Source: Eledone cirrhosa
Taxonomy: Eukaryota
Reading direction: 5' to 3'
NCBI GenBank assembly: GCA_964016885.1
Contig: OZ024743.1
Location: forward strand, 258,664,001 to 258,728,000
DNA length: 64,000 nucleotides
A program made the translations under genes and the position numbers. Each line of letters starts with the position of its first letter. The stretch's first letter is position 1. Under the pieces are notes generated by a model. It saw only the letters and a list, made by a program, of their open reading frames with translations, was not told the DNA's origin and made no database searches. This document shows positions 20,540 through 35,600 of this stretch, piece after piece.

Positions 20540-20758
20540 GGAACGATCGACTGTCGTCAAATCCGACCGAGGGAACAATGTTTCCGTTGGTCTTTCCAAT
20601 TGCTAATACTATCTATCGGTCGCAACTCCAGGTAGAAGGAGCAACGTGAAATAAAGTGTCTTGCTCAAGGACATAACGCATCGCCTGGTCCAGGAATCGA
20701 ACTCACAACCTTACAATTGCGAATCCAATTCTCTAACCACTCAGCCACACGCCTTCAC
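20540..20758 (-). mobile_element. tRNA-derived SINE with CORE-like domain
   Basis: Reverse strand GTGGCTGAGTGGTTAG (A box), GAGTTCGATTCC (B box), GTCCTTGAGCAAGACACTT; second copy at 48306 (+). Confidence 0.7.
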
Positions 20759-21378
20759 ATATATATATATATATAAGTAGAAGGGTCTACTTATATATAT
20801 ATATATATTATATATATATTAATATATATATTAATATATATCATTTATGTTAGGTTGTTTAGCAATGGGTAGAACTGGTGGTTCTGGTCAGTAAACGATG
20901 ATGCAACAAATTAATTAAAGCACTCAACATTATGCAAATTATCCATCGTAGATGTGGTATCCAATGGCTGGTGCAGGAATGGAGTAAAGTATTTATTAAA
21001 ACAACAGAAGGCTGGACTGGAAAATTTTAAGAATTTTAATCACGCAAATACACTATACATATTTCGATATCCCAGCTCTATCATCCAATTATGACGCAAG
21101 ACTAGGCGATTTTATGAGGTGTTATTTGCAGAATTATGTAACAGGATTACATTGAACCCAAACATATAATAGAAGATAGGGCATAGAACAATAAATAGAA
21201 GACAGAAATAGAAAATTTTATCCGGGGACAACCTGCTAATTTGGTGTTATATCGATAGCAGACATACACATAATATATATATATATTATGTGTATTTTTG
21301 TGTATGTATATGTATATATATGAAATATATATACGTGTGTGTGTGTGTGTATTATGTATTTGTTTGTTTATGTGAGTG

Positions 21379-21410
<32 letters not shown>

Positions 21411-22984
21411 CACACACATGTACATTCATATACATAGAGAGGCAGATAGTGGTGGAATGTAGTAACTCAAAAATGCATTGTAATTTATTGAAAATTCCTA
21501 TTCAAAATTCTTGCAGATTCTTCAAACATACCATTTCCAAGTATTACCATTTTATCAAAGACATTCTTCATTTAATAATTATTAATCCAAAGACACAATG
21601 TGTCAACAAATGAACTTAATGCAGTTTTAGTTCCACTAAAACAAAACAAAGCAAAAAGTTCCTCAACATAAGTGAATTTCTATGGATTTACTTAGAATGG
21701 CCCTAATTCTATTAATAGTGTTCTTCAGCATTTTCTTCTGCTCTCTATTTCTCTGTGTGCCTGTCCCCCCTTTCTCTCTCTATGTCTATCTTTTCTCTCC
21801 TACTCTTACTCTCTATTCCCACCATTTTCTCTCTCTCTCTCTCTCTCTCTCTCTTATATATATATATGTCCCTCTCTCTTTCTCTCTCTGCGGCTTTCTC
21901 AGTCTCTTTGTCGCTCTTTCCTTCTCTATCTATCTATCTATCTATCTCTGCTATCTTCACTGCTGTTAAAAAATGTAAAAAAAAAATTGAAATAAACGAT
22001 TCGAGGAATATAAGAACAATTATTAGAACTATGTCATTTATTATTAGATCACCTGTTTTGCAGTGGTGGTCATGATGGTGGTGGTGGTGGTGGTGGTATG
22101 TGATGGTGATATATGTGTATTAATATGTGTATATATGCCTTAGATGTTGTGAAGGTGGATGTTTTAGTGCTTTGTTAAGCAAATACTGGGGCTTCTCCAG
22201 TCACTTCCTCTTTGCACCAGTCGTTGTTCAGACTTTAGGCATCCTTTGACACTTTTCAGCTGACCTCCTCCATAAAATTGGAATGATTGCAGCCCCTTTG
22301 AGGAAGGAGCCCTATGAGGTTGGGTCACTGTTGCAGCGAGTGTCCACTGCAATGCCTATGCCCTTATTTCTCTGGGGCACAGCCAAAACACTACTGTGAT
22401 TTAGGTGTAGAATCTATCACCCTCATCCCTCCCCCCTTTCTTTCTTTTATTGCTTAATAATCCTTGCCCTTTCTCTCTATTCTAAGGTTGTGAGTGTGTG
22501 TCCCTGTGGTGCATTGTGTTCTTGATCAAGGTGCTTCAGTTCATGTTGCTCCAATCTAGTCAACTGGTAAAAACCACTAAATTACAGGACATAAACACTG
22601 ACACAATGTTAACATGAATGGATACATATGCACACACACACACATATTTATATATATTATTAATATCTGTTTTCCTTGAAGGCAAGGATTGGACATACCT
22701 CTGACCTCTAGGTAGATCAAGGGACCAACATATGATCCTCTGCTCTACCATGTACATTTTAGCATGGCACCAACATTAAGGAAGTTGTATCTTTGGCATT
22801 GCTGAAGAGTTTTCCTAATCCTTTGTTTGGCAGGTTGTCTATGATTGGCTACACTTCAACTCACCAGCCACTTTACAGAGTGTACTGGGTAATCGTTTAT
22901 CATGTAGATAACTAAAACTAGGAAAGTTGTTATGTTTATGGCATTGCTAGAATCCTCCTGGCCCTTTGTTTGTTAAGGTTTCTA

Positions 22985-23010
22985 TGGCTCTATCTCTCTC
23001 TCTCTATATG

Positions 23011-23086
<76 letters not shown>

Positions 23087-23160
23087 TCTCTCTCTCTCTC
23101 TCTCACACACACTCTCTCTCTCTCTATTGATATATATGTATATATATACATATATACTCA
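22985..23160. repeat. (TC)n and (TA)n microsatellites
   Basis: Directly visible. Confidence 0.95.
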
Positions 23161-23164
23161 ATAG

Positions 23165-23292
23165 CCTTCTGCATTTTCCATCTACCAAATTTCACTCACA
23201 AACGATTGGGTAACTTCAGGCTATAGAAGATGATACTTGCCCAAGGTACCATTCAGTGAATATGAACCCTAAACCACGCAGCCACACCCGCA
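23165..23292 (-). mobile_element. Degenerate SINE fragment (same family as 16100-16255)
   Basis: CTACCAAATTTCACTCACAA...GCTATAGAAGATGATACTTGCCCAAGGT. Confidence 0.5.
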
Positions 23293-23669
23293 TCTCATTA
23301 GTCCAATGAAACTATATTAATATTCCTGAGAAGTTCTCAAAAATAGCTTCCTGGCACGAAGAAGGTATTTGTATTAATTTAGTATTTAATCTCGTTAATC
23401 CAGTTTTTGACAAGACTTAATACCAGAAAATTCTTTACAATAGCTATTATTCCATCTTCATTGTGTCTGATTTATTAAGATGTGTGATATGAGCATAACC
23501 ATCACTACCATTATCATCATCATCATTGATCGATTGTAGTAGCAGATAGCTGTAATCATCCCCCACTCATTGAAGCTTTCATAATCGGTTATGGTCCTAT
23601 GGTCAGCTGATTAGTTTGGCCATTGGTGGGATTTGACAGGAATTCAGTCTCAGATAACTATCCACCAAT

Positions 23670-26600
23670 CAGTCCACCTAGCTGTCAGTAATAGGTACCA
23701 GACCACGGTCCAGCAGGCTGTCAGTAATAGGTACCAGACCACATTCCACCTAGCTGTCAGTAATAGGTACCAGACCACAGTCCACCTAGCTGTCAGTAAT
23801 AGGTACCAGACCACAGTCCACCTAGCTGTCAGTAATAGGTACCAGACCACAGTCCAGCTAGCTCTCAGTAATAGGTACCAGACCACAGTCCACCTAGCTG
23901 TCAGTAATAGGTACCAGACCACAGTCCACCTAGCTGTCAGTAATAGGTACCAGACCACAGTCCAGCTAGCTGTCAGTAATAGGTACCAGACCACAGTCCA
24001 CCTAGCTGTCAGTAATAGGTACCAGACCACAATCCAGCTAGCTGTCAGTAATAGGTACCAGACCACAGTCCACCTAGCTGTCAGCAATAGGTACCAGACC
24101 ACAGTCCAGCTAGCTGTCAGTACTAAGTACCACACCACAGTCCACCTAGCTGTCAGTAATAGGTACCACACCACAGTCCACCTAGCTGTCAGTAATAAGT
24201 ACCAGACCACAGTCCAGCTAGCTGTCAGTAATAGGTACCAGACCACAGTCCACCTAGCTGTCAGTAATAGGTACCAGACCACAGTCCACCTAGCTGTCAG
24301 TAATAGGTACCAGACCACAGTCCACCTAGCTGTCAGTAATAGGTACCAGACCACATTCCACCTAAATGTCAGTAAAAGGTACCAGACCACAGTTCACCTA
24401 GCTGTCAGTAATAGGTACCAGACCACAGTCCACCTAACTGTCAGTAATAGGTACCAGACCACACTCCACCTAGCTGTCAGTAATAGGTACCAGACCACAG
24501 TCCACCTAGTTGTCAGTAATAGGTACCAGACCACAGTCCACCTAAATGTCAGTAATAGGTACCAGACCACAGTTCACCTAGCTGTCAGTAATAGGTACCA
24601 GACCACAGTCCACCTAGCTGTCAGTAATAGGTACCAGACCACAGTCCACCTAGCTGTCAGTAATAGGTACCAGACCACAGTCCACCTATCTGTCAGTAAT
24701 GGGTACCAGACCACAGTCCAGCTAGCTGTCAGTAATTCGTACCAGACCACAGTCCACCTAGCTGTCAGTAATAGGTACCAGACCACAGTCCACCTAGCTG
24801 TCAGTAATGGGTACCAGACCACAGTCCAGCTATCTGTCAGTAATAGGTACCAGACCACAGTCCAGCTATCTGTCAGTAATAGGTACCAGACCACAGTCCA
24901 GCTATCTGTCAGTAATAGGTACCAGACCACAGTCCAGCTATCTGTCAGTAATAGGTACCAGACCACAGTCCAGCTATCTGTCAGTAATAGGTACCAGACC
25001 ACAGTCCACCTAGCTGTCAGTAATAGGTACCAGACCACAGTCCACCTAGTTGTCAGTAATAGGTACCAGACCACAGTCCACCTAAATGTCAGTAATAGGT
25101 ACCAGACCACAGTCCAGCTAGCTGTCAGTAATAGGTACCAGACCACAGTCCACCTAGCTGTCAGTAACAGGTACCAGACCACAGTCCACCTAGCTGTCAG
25201 TAATAGGTACCAGACCACAGTCCACCTAACTGTCAGTAATAGGTACCAGACCACAGTCCAGCTAGCTCTCAGTAATAGGTACCAGACCACAGTCCACCTA
25301 GCTGTCAGCAATAGGTACCAGACCACAGTCCAGCTAGCTGTCAGCAATAGGTACCAGACCACAGTCCAACTAGCTGTCAGCAATAGGTACCAGACCACAG
25401 TCCACCTAGCTGTCAGTAATAGGTGCCAGACCACAGTCCCCCTAGCTGTCAGCAATAGGTACCAGACCACAGTCCACCTAGCTGTCAGTAATAGGTACCA
25501 GACCACAGTCCAACTAGCTGTCAGCAATAGGTACCAGACCACAGTCCACCTAGTTGTCAGCAATAGGTACCAGACCACAGTCCCCCTAGCTATCAGCAAT
25601 AGGTACTAGACCACAGTCCACCAAGCTGTTAGTAATAGGTATCAGACCACAGTCAACCTAGCTGTCAGTAATAGGTACCAGACCACAGTCCACCTAGCTG
25701 TCAGTAATAGGTACCAGACCACAGTCCAGCTAGCTGTCAGTAATAGGTACCAGACCACAGTCCACCTAACTGTCAGTAATAGGTACCAGACCACACTCCA
25801 CCTAGCTTTCAGTAATAGGCACCAGACCACAGTCCAGCTAGCTGTCAGTAATAGGTACCAGACAACAGTCCACCTAGCTGTATGTAATAGTTACCAGACC
25901 ACACTCCACCTAGCTGTCAGTAATAGGTACCAGACCACAGTCCAGCTAGCTGTCAGTAATAGGTACCAGACCACAGTCCAGCTAGCTGTCAGTAATAGGT
26001 ACCAGACCACAGTCCAGCTAGCTGTCAGTAATAGGTACCAGACAACAGTCCACCTAGCTGTATGTAATAGTTACCAGACCAAAGTCCACCTAGCTGTCAG
26101 TAATAGGTACCAGACCACAATTCACCTAGCTGTCAGTAATAGGTACCAGACCACAGTCCACCTAGCTGTCAGCAATAGGTACCAGACCACAGTCCAGCTA
26201 GCTGTCAGCAAAAGGTACCAGACCACAGTCCAACTAGCTGTCAGTAATAGGTACCAGACCACAGTCCAGCTAGCTGTCAGTAATAGGTACCAGACCACAG
26301 TCCACCTAGCTGTCAGTAATAGGTACCAGACCACAGTCCACCTAGCTGTCAATAATAGGTACCAGACCACAGTCCAGATAGCTGTCAGTAATAGGTACCA
26401 GACCATAGTCCACCTAGCTGTCATTAATAGGTACCAGAACACAGTCCACCTAGCTGTCAGTAATAGGTACCAGACCACACTCCACCTAGCTGTAAGTAAT
26501 AGGTACCAGACCACAGTCCACCTAGTTGTCAGTAATAGGTACCAGAACACAGTCCACCTAGCTGTCAGTAATAGGTACCAGACCACAGTCCACCTAGCTG

Positions 26601-29600
26601 TCAGTAATAGGTACCAGACCACACTCCACCTAGCTGTCAGTAATAGGTACCAGAACACAGTCCACCTAGCTGTCAGTAATAGGTACCAGACCACACTCCA
26701 CCTAGCTGTCAGTAATAGGTACCAGACAACGGTTCACCTAGCTGTCAGTAATAGGTACCAGACCACACTCCACCTTGCTGTCAGTAATAGGTACCAGATC
26801 ACAGTCCAGCTAGCTGTCAGTAATAGGTACCAGACCACAGTCCAGCTAGCTGTCAGTAATAGGTACCAGACCACAGTCCACCTAGCTGTCAGTAATAGGT
26901 ACCAGACCACAGTCCACCTAGCTGTCAGTAATAGGTACCAGACCACAGTCCACCTAACTGTCAGTGATAGGTACCAGACCACAGTCCACCTAGCTGTCAG
27001 TAATAGGTACCAGACCACAGTCCAACTAGCTGTCAGTAATAGGTACCAGACCACAGTCCACCTAGTTGTCACTAATAGGTACCAGACCACAGTCCACCTA
27101 GTTGTCAGCAATAAGTACCAGACCACAGTCCACCTAGTTGTCAGTAATAGGTTCCAGACCACAGTCCACCTAGCTGTCAGTAATAGGTACCAGACCACAG
27201 TCCACCTAGTTGTCAGCAATAGGTACCAGACCACAGTCCACCTAGCTGTCAGTAATAGGTACCAGACCACAGTCCACCAACCTGTCAGCAGTAGGTACCA
27301 GACCACAGTCCACCTAGCTGTCAGTAATAGGTACCAGACCACAGTCCACCAAGCTGTCAGCAATAGCACCAGACCACAGTCCACCTAGCTGTCAGTAATA
27401 GGTACCAGACCACAGTCCAGCTAGCTGTCAGTAATAGGTACCAGACCACAGTTCAGCTAGCTGTCAGTAATAGATACCAGACCACAGTCCACCTAGTTGT
27501 CAGTAATAGGTACCAGACCACAGTCCACATCTGTCAGTAATGGGTACCAGACCACAGTCCAGCCAGCTGTCAGTAATTCGTACCAGACCACAGTACACCT
27601 AGCTGTCAGTAATAGGTACAAGACCACATACCACCTAGCTGTCAGTAATAGGTACCAGATCACAGTCCAGCTAGCTGTCAGTAATAGGTACCAGACCACA
27701 GTCCAGCTAGCTGTCAGGAATAAGTACCAGACCACAGTCCAGCTAGCTGTCAGTAATAGGTACCAGACCACAGTCAAGCTAGCTGTCAGTAATAGGTACC
27801 AGACCACACTCCACCTAGCTGTCAGTAATAGGTACCAGACCACAGTCCACCTAGCTGTCAGTAATAGGTACCAGACCACAGTCCACCTAGCTGTCAGTAA
27901 TAGGTACCAGACCACAGTCCACCTAGCTGTCAGTAATAGGTACCAGACCACAGTCCAGCTAGCTGTCAGTAATAGGTACCAGACCACAGTCCACCTAACT
28001 GTCAGTAATAGGTCCCAGACCACACACCACCTAGTTGTCAGTAATAGGTACCAGACCACAGTCCACCTAGCTGTCAGTAATAGGTACCAGACCACAGTCC
28101 ACCTAGCTGTCAGTAATAGGTACCAGACCACAGTCCAGCTAGTTGTCAGTAATAGGTACCAGACCACAGTCCACCTAACTGTATGTAATAGTTACCAGAC
28201 CAAAGTCCACCTAGCTGTCAGTAATAGGTACCAGACCACAGTCCACCTAGCTGTCAGTAATAGGTACCAGACAACAGTCCACCTAGCTGTATGTAATAGT
28301 TACCAGACCAAAGTCCACCTAGCTGTCAGTAATAGGTACCAGACCACAATTCACCTAGCTGTCAGTAATAGGTACCAGACCACAGTCCACCTAGCTGTCA
28401 GCAATAGGTACCAGACCACAGTCCACCTAGCTGTCAGTAATAGGTACCAGACCACAGTCCACCTAGCTGTCAGTAATAGGTACCAGACCACACTTCACCT
28501 AGCTGTCAGTAATAGGTACCAGACCACAGTCCAGCTAGCTGTCAGTAATAGGTACCAGACCACAGTCCACCTAGCTGTCAGTAATAGGTACCAGACCACA
28601 GTCCACCTAGCTGTCAATAATAGGTACCAGACCACAGTCCAGATAGCTGTCAGTAATAGGTACCAGACCATAGTCCACCTAGCTGTCAGTAATAGGTACC
28701 AGACCACAGTCCACCTAACTGTCAGTGATAGGTACCAGACCACAGTCCACCTAGCTGTCAGTAATAGGTACCAGACCACAGTCCACCTAGCTGTCAGTAA
28801 TAGGTACCAGACCACAGTCCACCTAGTTGTCAGTAATAGGTACCAGACCACAGTCCACCTAAATGTCAGTAATAGGTACCAGACCACAGTCCAGCTAGCT
28901 GTCAGTAATAGGTACCAGACCACAGTCCACCTAGCTGTCAGTAACAGGTACCAGACCACAGTCCACCTAGCTGTCAGTAATAGGTACCAGACCACAGTCC
29001 ACCTAACTGTCAGTAATAGGTACCAGACCACAGTCCAGCTAGCTCTCAGTAATAGGTACCAGACCACAGTCCACCTAGCTGTCAGCAATAGGTACCAGAC
29101 CACAGTCCACCTAGCTGTCAGCAATAGGTACCAGACCACAGTCCAACTAGCTGTCAGCAATAGGTACCAGACCACAGTCCACCTAGCTGTCAGTAATAGG
29201 TACCAGACCACAGTCCCCCTAGCTGTCAGCAATAGGTACCAGACCACAGTCCACCTAGCTGTCAGTAATAGGTACCAGACCACAGTCCAACTAGCTGTCA
29301 GCAATAGGTACCAGACCACAGTCCACCTAGTTGTCAGCAATAGGTACCAGACCACAGTCCCCCTAGCTATCAGCAATAGGTACTAGACCACAGTCCACCA
29401 AGCTGTTAGTAATAGGTATCAGACCACAGTCAACCTAGCTGTCAGTAATAGGTACCAGACCACAGTCCACCTAGCTGTCAGTAATAGGTACCAGACCACA
29501 GTCCAGCTAGCTGTCAGTAATAGGTACCAGACCACAGTCCACCTAACTGTCAGTAATAGGTACCAGACCACACTCCACCTAGCTTTCAGTAATAGGTACC

Positions 29601-32600
29601 AGACCACAGTCCAGCTAGCTGTCAGTAATAGGTACCAGACAACAGTCCACCTAGCTGTATGTAATAGTTACCAGACCACACTCCACCTAGCTGTCAGTAA
29701 TAGGTACCAGACCACAGTCCAGCTAGCTGTCAGTAATAGGTACCAGACCACAGTCCAGCTAGCTGTCAGTAATAGGTACCAGACCACAGTCCAGCTAGCT
29801 GTCAGTAATAGGTACCAGACAACAGTCCACCTAGCTGTATGTAATAGTTACCAGACCAAAGTCCACCTAGCTGTCAGTAATAGGTACCAGACCACAATTC
29901 ACCTAGCTGTCAGTAATAGGTACCAGACCACAGTCCACCTAGCTGTCAGCAATAGGTACCAGACCACAGTCCAGCTAGCTGTCAGCAAAAGGTACCAGAC
30001 CACAGTCCAACTAGCTGTCAGTAATAGGTACCAGACCACAGTCCGCCTAGCTGTCGGTAATAGGTACCAGACCACACTTCACCTAGCTGTCAGTAATAGG
30101 TACCAGACCACAGTCCAGCTAGCTGTCAGTAATAGGTACCAGACCACAGTCCACCTAGCTGTCAGTAATAGGTACCAGACCACAGTCCACCTAGCTGTCA
30201 ATAATAGGTACCAGACCACAGTCCAGATAGCTGTCAGTAATAGGTACCAGACCATAGTCCACCTAGCTGTCATTAATAGGTACCAGAACACAGTCCACCT
30301 AGCTGTCAGTAATAGGTACCAGACCACACTCCACCTAGCTGTAAGTAATAGGTACCAGACCACAGTCCACCTAGTTGTCAGTAATAGGTACCAGAACACA
30401 GTCCACCTAGCTGTCAGTAATAGGTACCAGACCACAGTCCACCTAGCTGTCAGTAATAGGTACCAGACCACACTCCACCTAGCTGTCAGTAATAGGTACC
30501 AGAACACAGTCCACCTAGCTGTCAGTAATAGGTACCAGACCACACTCCACCTAGCTGTCAGTAATAGGTACCAGACAACGGTTCACCTAGCTGTCAGTAA
30601 TAGGTACCAGACCACACTCCACCTTGCTGTCAGTAATAGGTACCAGATCACAGTCCAGCTAGCTGTCAGTAATAGGTACCAGACCACAGTCCAGCTAGCT
30701 GTCAGTAATAGGTACCAGACCACAGTCCACCTAGCTGTCAGTAATAGGTACCAGACCACAGTCCACCTAGCTGTCAGTAATAGGTACCAGACCACAGTCC
30801 ACCTAACTGTCAGTGATAGGTACCAGACCACAGTCCACCTAGCTGTCAGTAATAGGTACCAGACCACAGTCCAACTAGCTGTCAGTAATAGGTACCAGAC
30901 CACAGTCCACCTAGTTGTCACTAATAGGTACCAGACCACAGTCCACCTAGTTGTCAGCAATAAGTACCAGACCACAGTCCACCTAGTTGTCAGTAATAGG
31001 TACCAGACCACAGTCCACCTAGCTGTCAGTAATAGGTACCAGACCACAGTCAACCTAGTTGTCAGCAATAGGTACCAGACCACAGTCCACCTAGCTGTCA
31101 GTAATAGGTACCAGACCACAGTCCACCAACCTGTCAGCAATAGGTACCAGACCACAGTCCACCTAGCTGTCAGTAATAGGTACCAGACCACAGTCCACCA
31201 AGCTGTCAGCAATAGCACCAGACCACAGTCCACCTAGCTGTCAGTAATAGGTACCAGACCACAGTCCAGCTAGCTGTCAGTAATAGGTACCAGACCACAG
31301 TTCAGCTAGCTGTCAGTAATAGATACCAGACCACAGTCCACCTAGTTGTCAGTAATAGGTACCAGACCACAGTCCACATCTGTCAGTAATGGGTACCAGA
31401 CCACAGTCCAGCCAGCTGTCAGTAATTCGTACCAGACCACAGTACACCTAGCTGTCAGTAATAGGTACAAGACCACATTCCACCTAGCTGTCAGTAATAG
31501 GTACCAGATCACAGTCCAGCTAGCTGTCAGTAATAGGTACCAGACCACAGTCCAGCTAGCTGTCAGGAATAAGTACCAGACCACAGTCCAGCTAGCTGTC
31601 AGTAATAGGTACCAGACCACAGTCAAGCTAGCTGTCAGTAATAGGTACCAGACCACACTCCACCTAGCTGTCAGTAATAGGTACCAGACCACAGTCCACC
31701 TAGCTGTCAGTAATAGGTACCAGACCACAGTCCACCTAGCTGTCAGTAATAGGTACCAGACCACAGTCCACCTAGCTGTCAGTAATAGGTACCAGACCAC
31801 AGTCCAGCTAGCTGTCAGTAATAGGTACCAGACCACAGTCCACCTAACTGTCAGTAATAGGTCCCAGACCACACACCACCTAGTTGTCAGTAATAGGTAC
31901 CAGACCACAGTCCACCTAGCTGTCAGTAATAGGTACCAGACCACAGTCCACCTAGCTGTCAGTAATAGGTACCAGACCACAGTCCAGCTAGTTGTCATTA
32001 ATAGGTACCAGACCACAGTCCACCTAACTGTATGTAATAGTTACCAGACCAAAGTCCACCTAGCTGTCAGTAATAGGTACCAGACCACAGTCCACCTAGC
32101 TGTCAGTAATAGGTACCAGACAACAGTCCACCTAGCTGTATGTAATAGTTACCAGACCAAAGTCCACCTAGCTGTCAGTAATAGGTACCAGACCACAATT
32201 CACCTAGCTGTCAGTAATAGGTACCAGACCACAGTCCACCTAGCTGTCAGCAATAGGTACCAGACCACAGTCCACCTAGCTGTCAGTAATAGGTACCAGA
32301 CCACAATTCACCTAGCTGTCAGTAATAGGTACCAGACCACAGTCCACCTAGCTGTCAGCAATAGGTACCAGACCACAGTCCACCTAGCTGTCAGTAATAG
32401 GTACCAGACCACAGTCCACCTAGCTGTCAGTAATAGGTACCAGACCACACTTCACCTAGCTGTCAGTAATAGGTACCAGACCACAGTCCAGCTAGCTGTC
32501 AGTAATAGGTACCAGACCACAGTCCACCTAGCTGTCAGTAATAGGTACCAGACCACAGTCCACCTAGCTGTCAATAATAGGTACCAGACCACAGTCCAGA

Positions 32601-35600
32601 TAGCTGTCAGTAATAGGTACCAGACCATAGTCCACCTAGCTGTCAGTAATAGGTACCAGACCACAGTCCACCTAACTGTCAGTGATAGGTACCAGACCAC
32701 AGTCCACCTAGCTGTCAGTAATAGGTACCAGACCACAGTCCACCTAGCTGTCAGTAATAGGTACCAGACCACAGTCCACCTAGTTGTCAGTAATAGGTAC
32801 CAGACCACAGTCCACCTAAATGTCAGTAATAGGTACCAGACCACAGTCCAGCTAGCTGTCAGTAATAGGTACCAGACCACAGTCCACCTAGCTGTCAGTA
32901 ATAGGTACCAGACCACAGTCCACCTAACTGTCAGTAATAGGTACCAGACCACAGTCCAGCTAGCTCTCAGTAATAGGTACCAGACCACAGTCCACCTAGC
33001 TGTCAGCAATAGGTACCAGACCACAGTCCACCTAGCTGTCAGCAATAGGTACCAGACCACAGTCCAACTAGCTGTCAGCAATAGGTACCAGACCACAGTC
33101 CACCTAGCTGTCAGTAATAGGTACCAGACCACAGTCCCCCTAGCTGTCAGCAATAGGTACCAGACCACAGTCCACCTAGCTGTCAGTAATAGGTACCAGA
33201 CCACAGTCCAACTAGCTGTCAGCAATAGGTACCAGACCACAGTCCACCTAGTTGTCAGCAATAGGTACCAGACCACAGTCCCCCTAGCTATCAGCAATAG
33301 GTACTAGACCACAGTCCACCAAGCTGTTAGTAATAGGTATCAGACCACAGTCAACCTAGCTGTCAGTAATAGGTACCAGACCACAGTCCACCTAGCTGTC
33401 AGTAATAGGTACCAGACCACAGTCCAGCTAGCTGTCAGTAATAGGTACCAGACCACAGTCCACCTAACTGTCAGTAATAGGTACCAGACCACACTCCACC
33501 TAGCTTTCAGTAATAGGTACCAGACCACAGTCCAGCTAGCTGTCAGTAATAGGTACCAGACAACAGTCCACCTAGCTGTATGTAATAGTTACCAGACCAC
33601 ACTCCACCTAGCTGTCAGTAATAGGTACCAGACCACAGTCCAGCTAGCTGTCAGTAATAGGTACCAGACCACAGTCCAGCTAGCTGTCAGTAATAGGTAC
33701 CAGACCACAGTCCAGCTAGCTGTCAGTAATAGGTACCAGACAACAGTCCACCTAGCTGTATGTAATAGTTACCAGACCAAAGTCCACCTAGCTGTCAGTA
33801 ATAGGTACCAGACCACAATTCACCTAGCTGTCAGTAATAGGTACCAGACCACAGTCCACCTATCTGTCAGCAATAGGTACCAGACCACAGTCCAGCTAGC
33901 TGTCAGCAAAAGGTACCAGACCACAGTCCAACTAGCTGTCAGTAATAGGTACCAGACCACAGTCCGCCTAGCTGTCGGTAATAGGTACCAGACCACACTT
34001 CACCTAGCTGTCAGTAATAGGTACCAGACCACAGTCCAGCTAGCTGTCAGTAATAGGTACCAGACCACAGTCCACCTAGCTGTCAGTAATAGGTACCAGA
34101 CCACAGTCCACCTAGCTGTCAATAATAGGTACCAGACCACAGTCCAGATAGCTGTCAGTAATAGGTACCAGACCATAGTCCACCTAGCTGTCATTAATAG
34201 GTACCAGAACACAGTCCACCTAGCTGTCAGTAATAGGTACCAGACCACACTCCACCTAGCTGTAAGTAATAGGTACCAGACCACAGTCCACCTAGTTGTC
34301 AGTAATAGGTACCAGAACACAGTCCACCTAGCTGTCAGTAATAGGTACCAGACCACAGTCCACCTAGCTGTCAGTAATAGGTACCAGACCACACTCCACC
34401 TAGCTGTCAGTAATAGGTACCAGACCACAGTCCACCTAGCTGTGAGTAATAGGTACCAGACCACACTCCACCTAGCTGTCAGTAATAGGTACCAGACAAC
34501 GGTTCACCTAGCTGTCAGTAATAGGTACCAGACCACACTCCACCTTGCTGTCAGTAATAGGTACCAGATCACAGTCCAGCTAGCTGTCAGTAATAGGTAC
34601 CAGACCACAGTCCAGCTAGCTGTCAGTAATAGGTACCAGACCACAGTCCACCTAGCTGTCAGTAATAGGTACCAGACCACAGTCCACCTAGCTGTCAGTA
34701 ATAGGTACCAGACCACAGTCCACCTAACTGTCAGTGATAGGTACCAGACCACAGTCCACCTAGCTGTCAGTAATAGGTACCAGACCACAGTCCAACTAGC
34801 TGTCAGTAATAGGTACCAGACCACAGTCCACCTAGTTGTCACTAATAGGTACCAGACCACAGTCCACCTAGTTGTCAGCAATAAGTACCAGACCACAGTC
34901 CACCTAGTTGTCAGTAATAGGTACCAGACCACAGTCCACCTAGCTGTCAGTAATAGGTACCAGACCACAGTCCACCTAGTTGTCAGCAATAGGTACCAGA
35001 CCACAGTCCACCTAGCTGTCAGTAATAGGTACCAGACCACAGTCCACCAACCTGTCAGCAATAGGTACCAGACCACAGTCCACCTAGCTGTCAGTAATAG
35101 GTACCAGACCACAGTCCACCAAGCTGTCAGCAATAGCACCAGACCACAGTCCACCTAGCTGTCAGTAATAGGTACCAGACCACAGTCCAGCTAGCTGTCA
35201 GTAATAGGTACCAGACCACAGTTCAGCTAGCTGTCAGTAATAGATACCAGACCACAGTCCACCTAGTTGTCAGTAATAGGTACCAGACCACAGTCCACAT
35301 CTGTCAGTAATGGGTACCAGACCACAGTCCAGCCAGCTGTCAGTAATTCGTACCAGACCACAGTACACCTAGCTGTCAGTAATAGGTACAAGACCACATT
35401 CCACCTAGCTGTCAGTAATAGGTACCAGATCACAGTCCAGCTAGCTGTCAGTAATAGGTACCAGACCACAGTCCAGCTAGCTGTCAGGAATAAGTACCAG
35501 ACCACAGTCCAGCTAGCTGTCAGTAATAGGTACCAGACCACAGTCAAGCTAGCTGTCAGTAATAGGTACCAGACCACACTCCACCTAGCTGTCAGTAATA

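Noticed and set aside
27361-27535. -1 and -2 deletions summing to -3 as compensatory frameshifts
   Set aside because: The shifted interval hits stop codons immediately (..STRPQST*), so no reading frame is preserved
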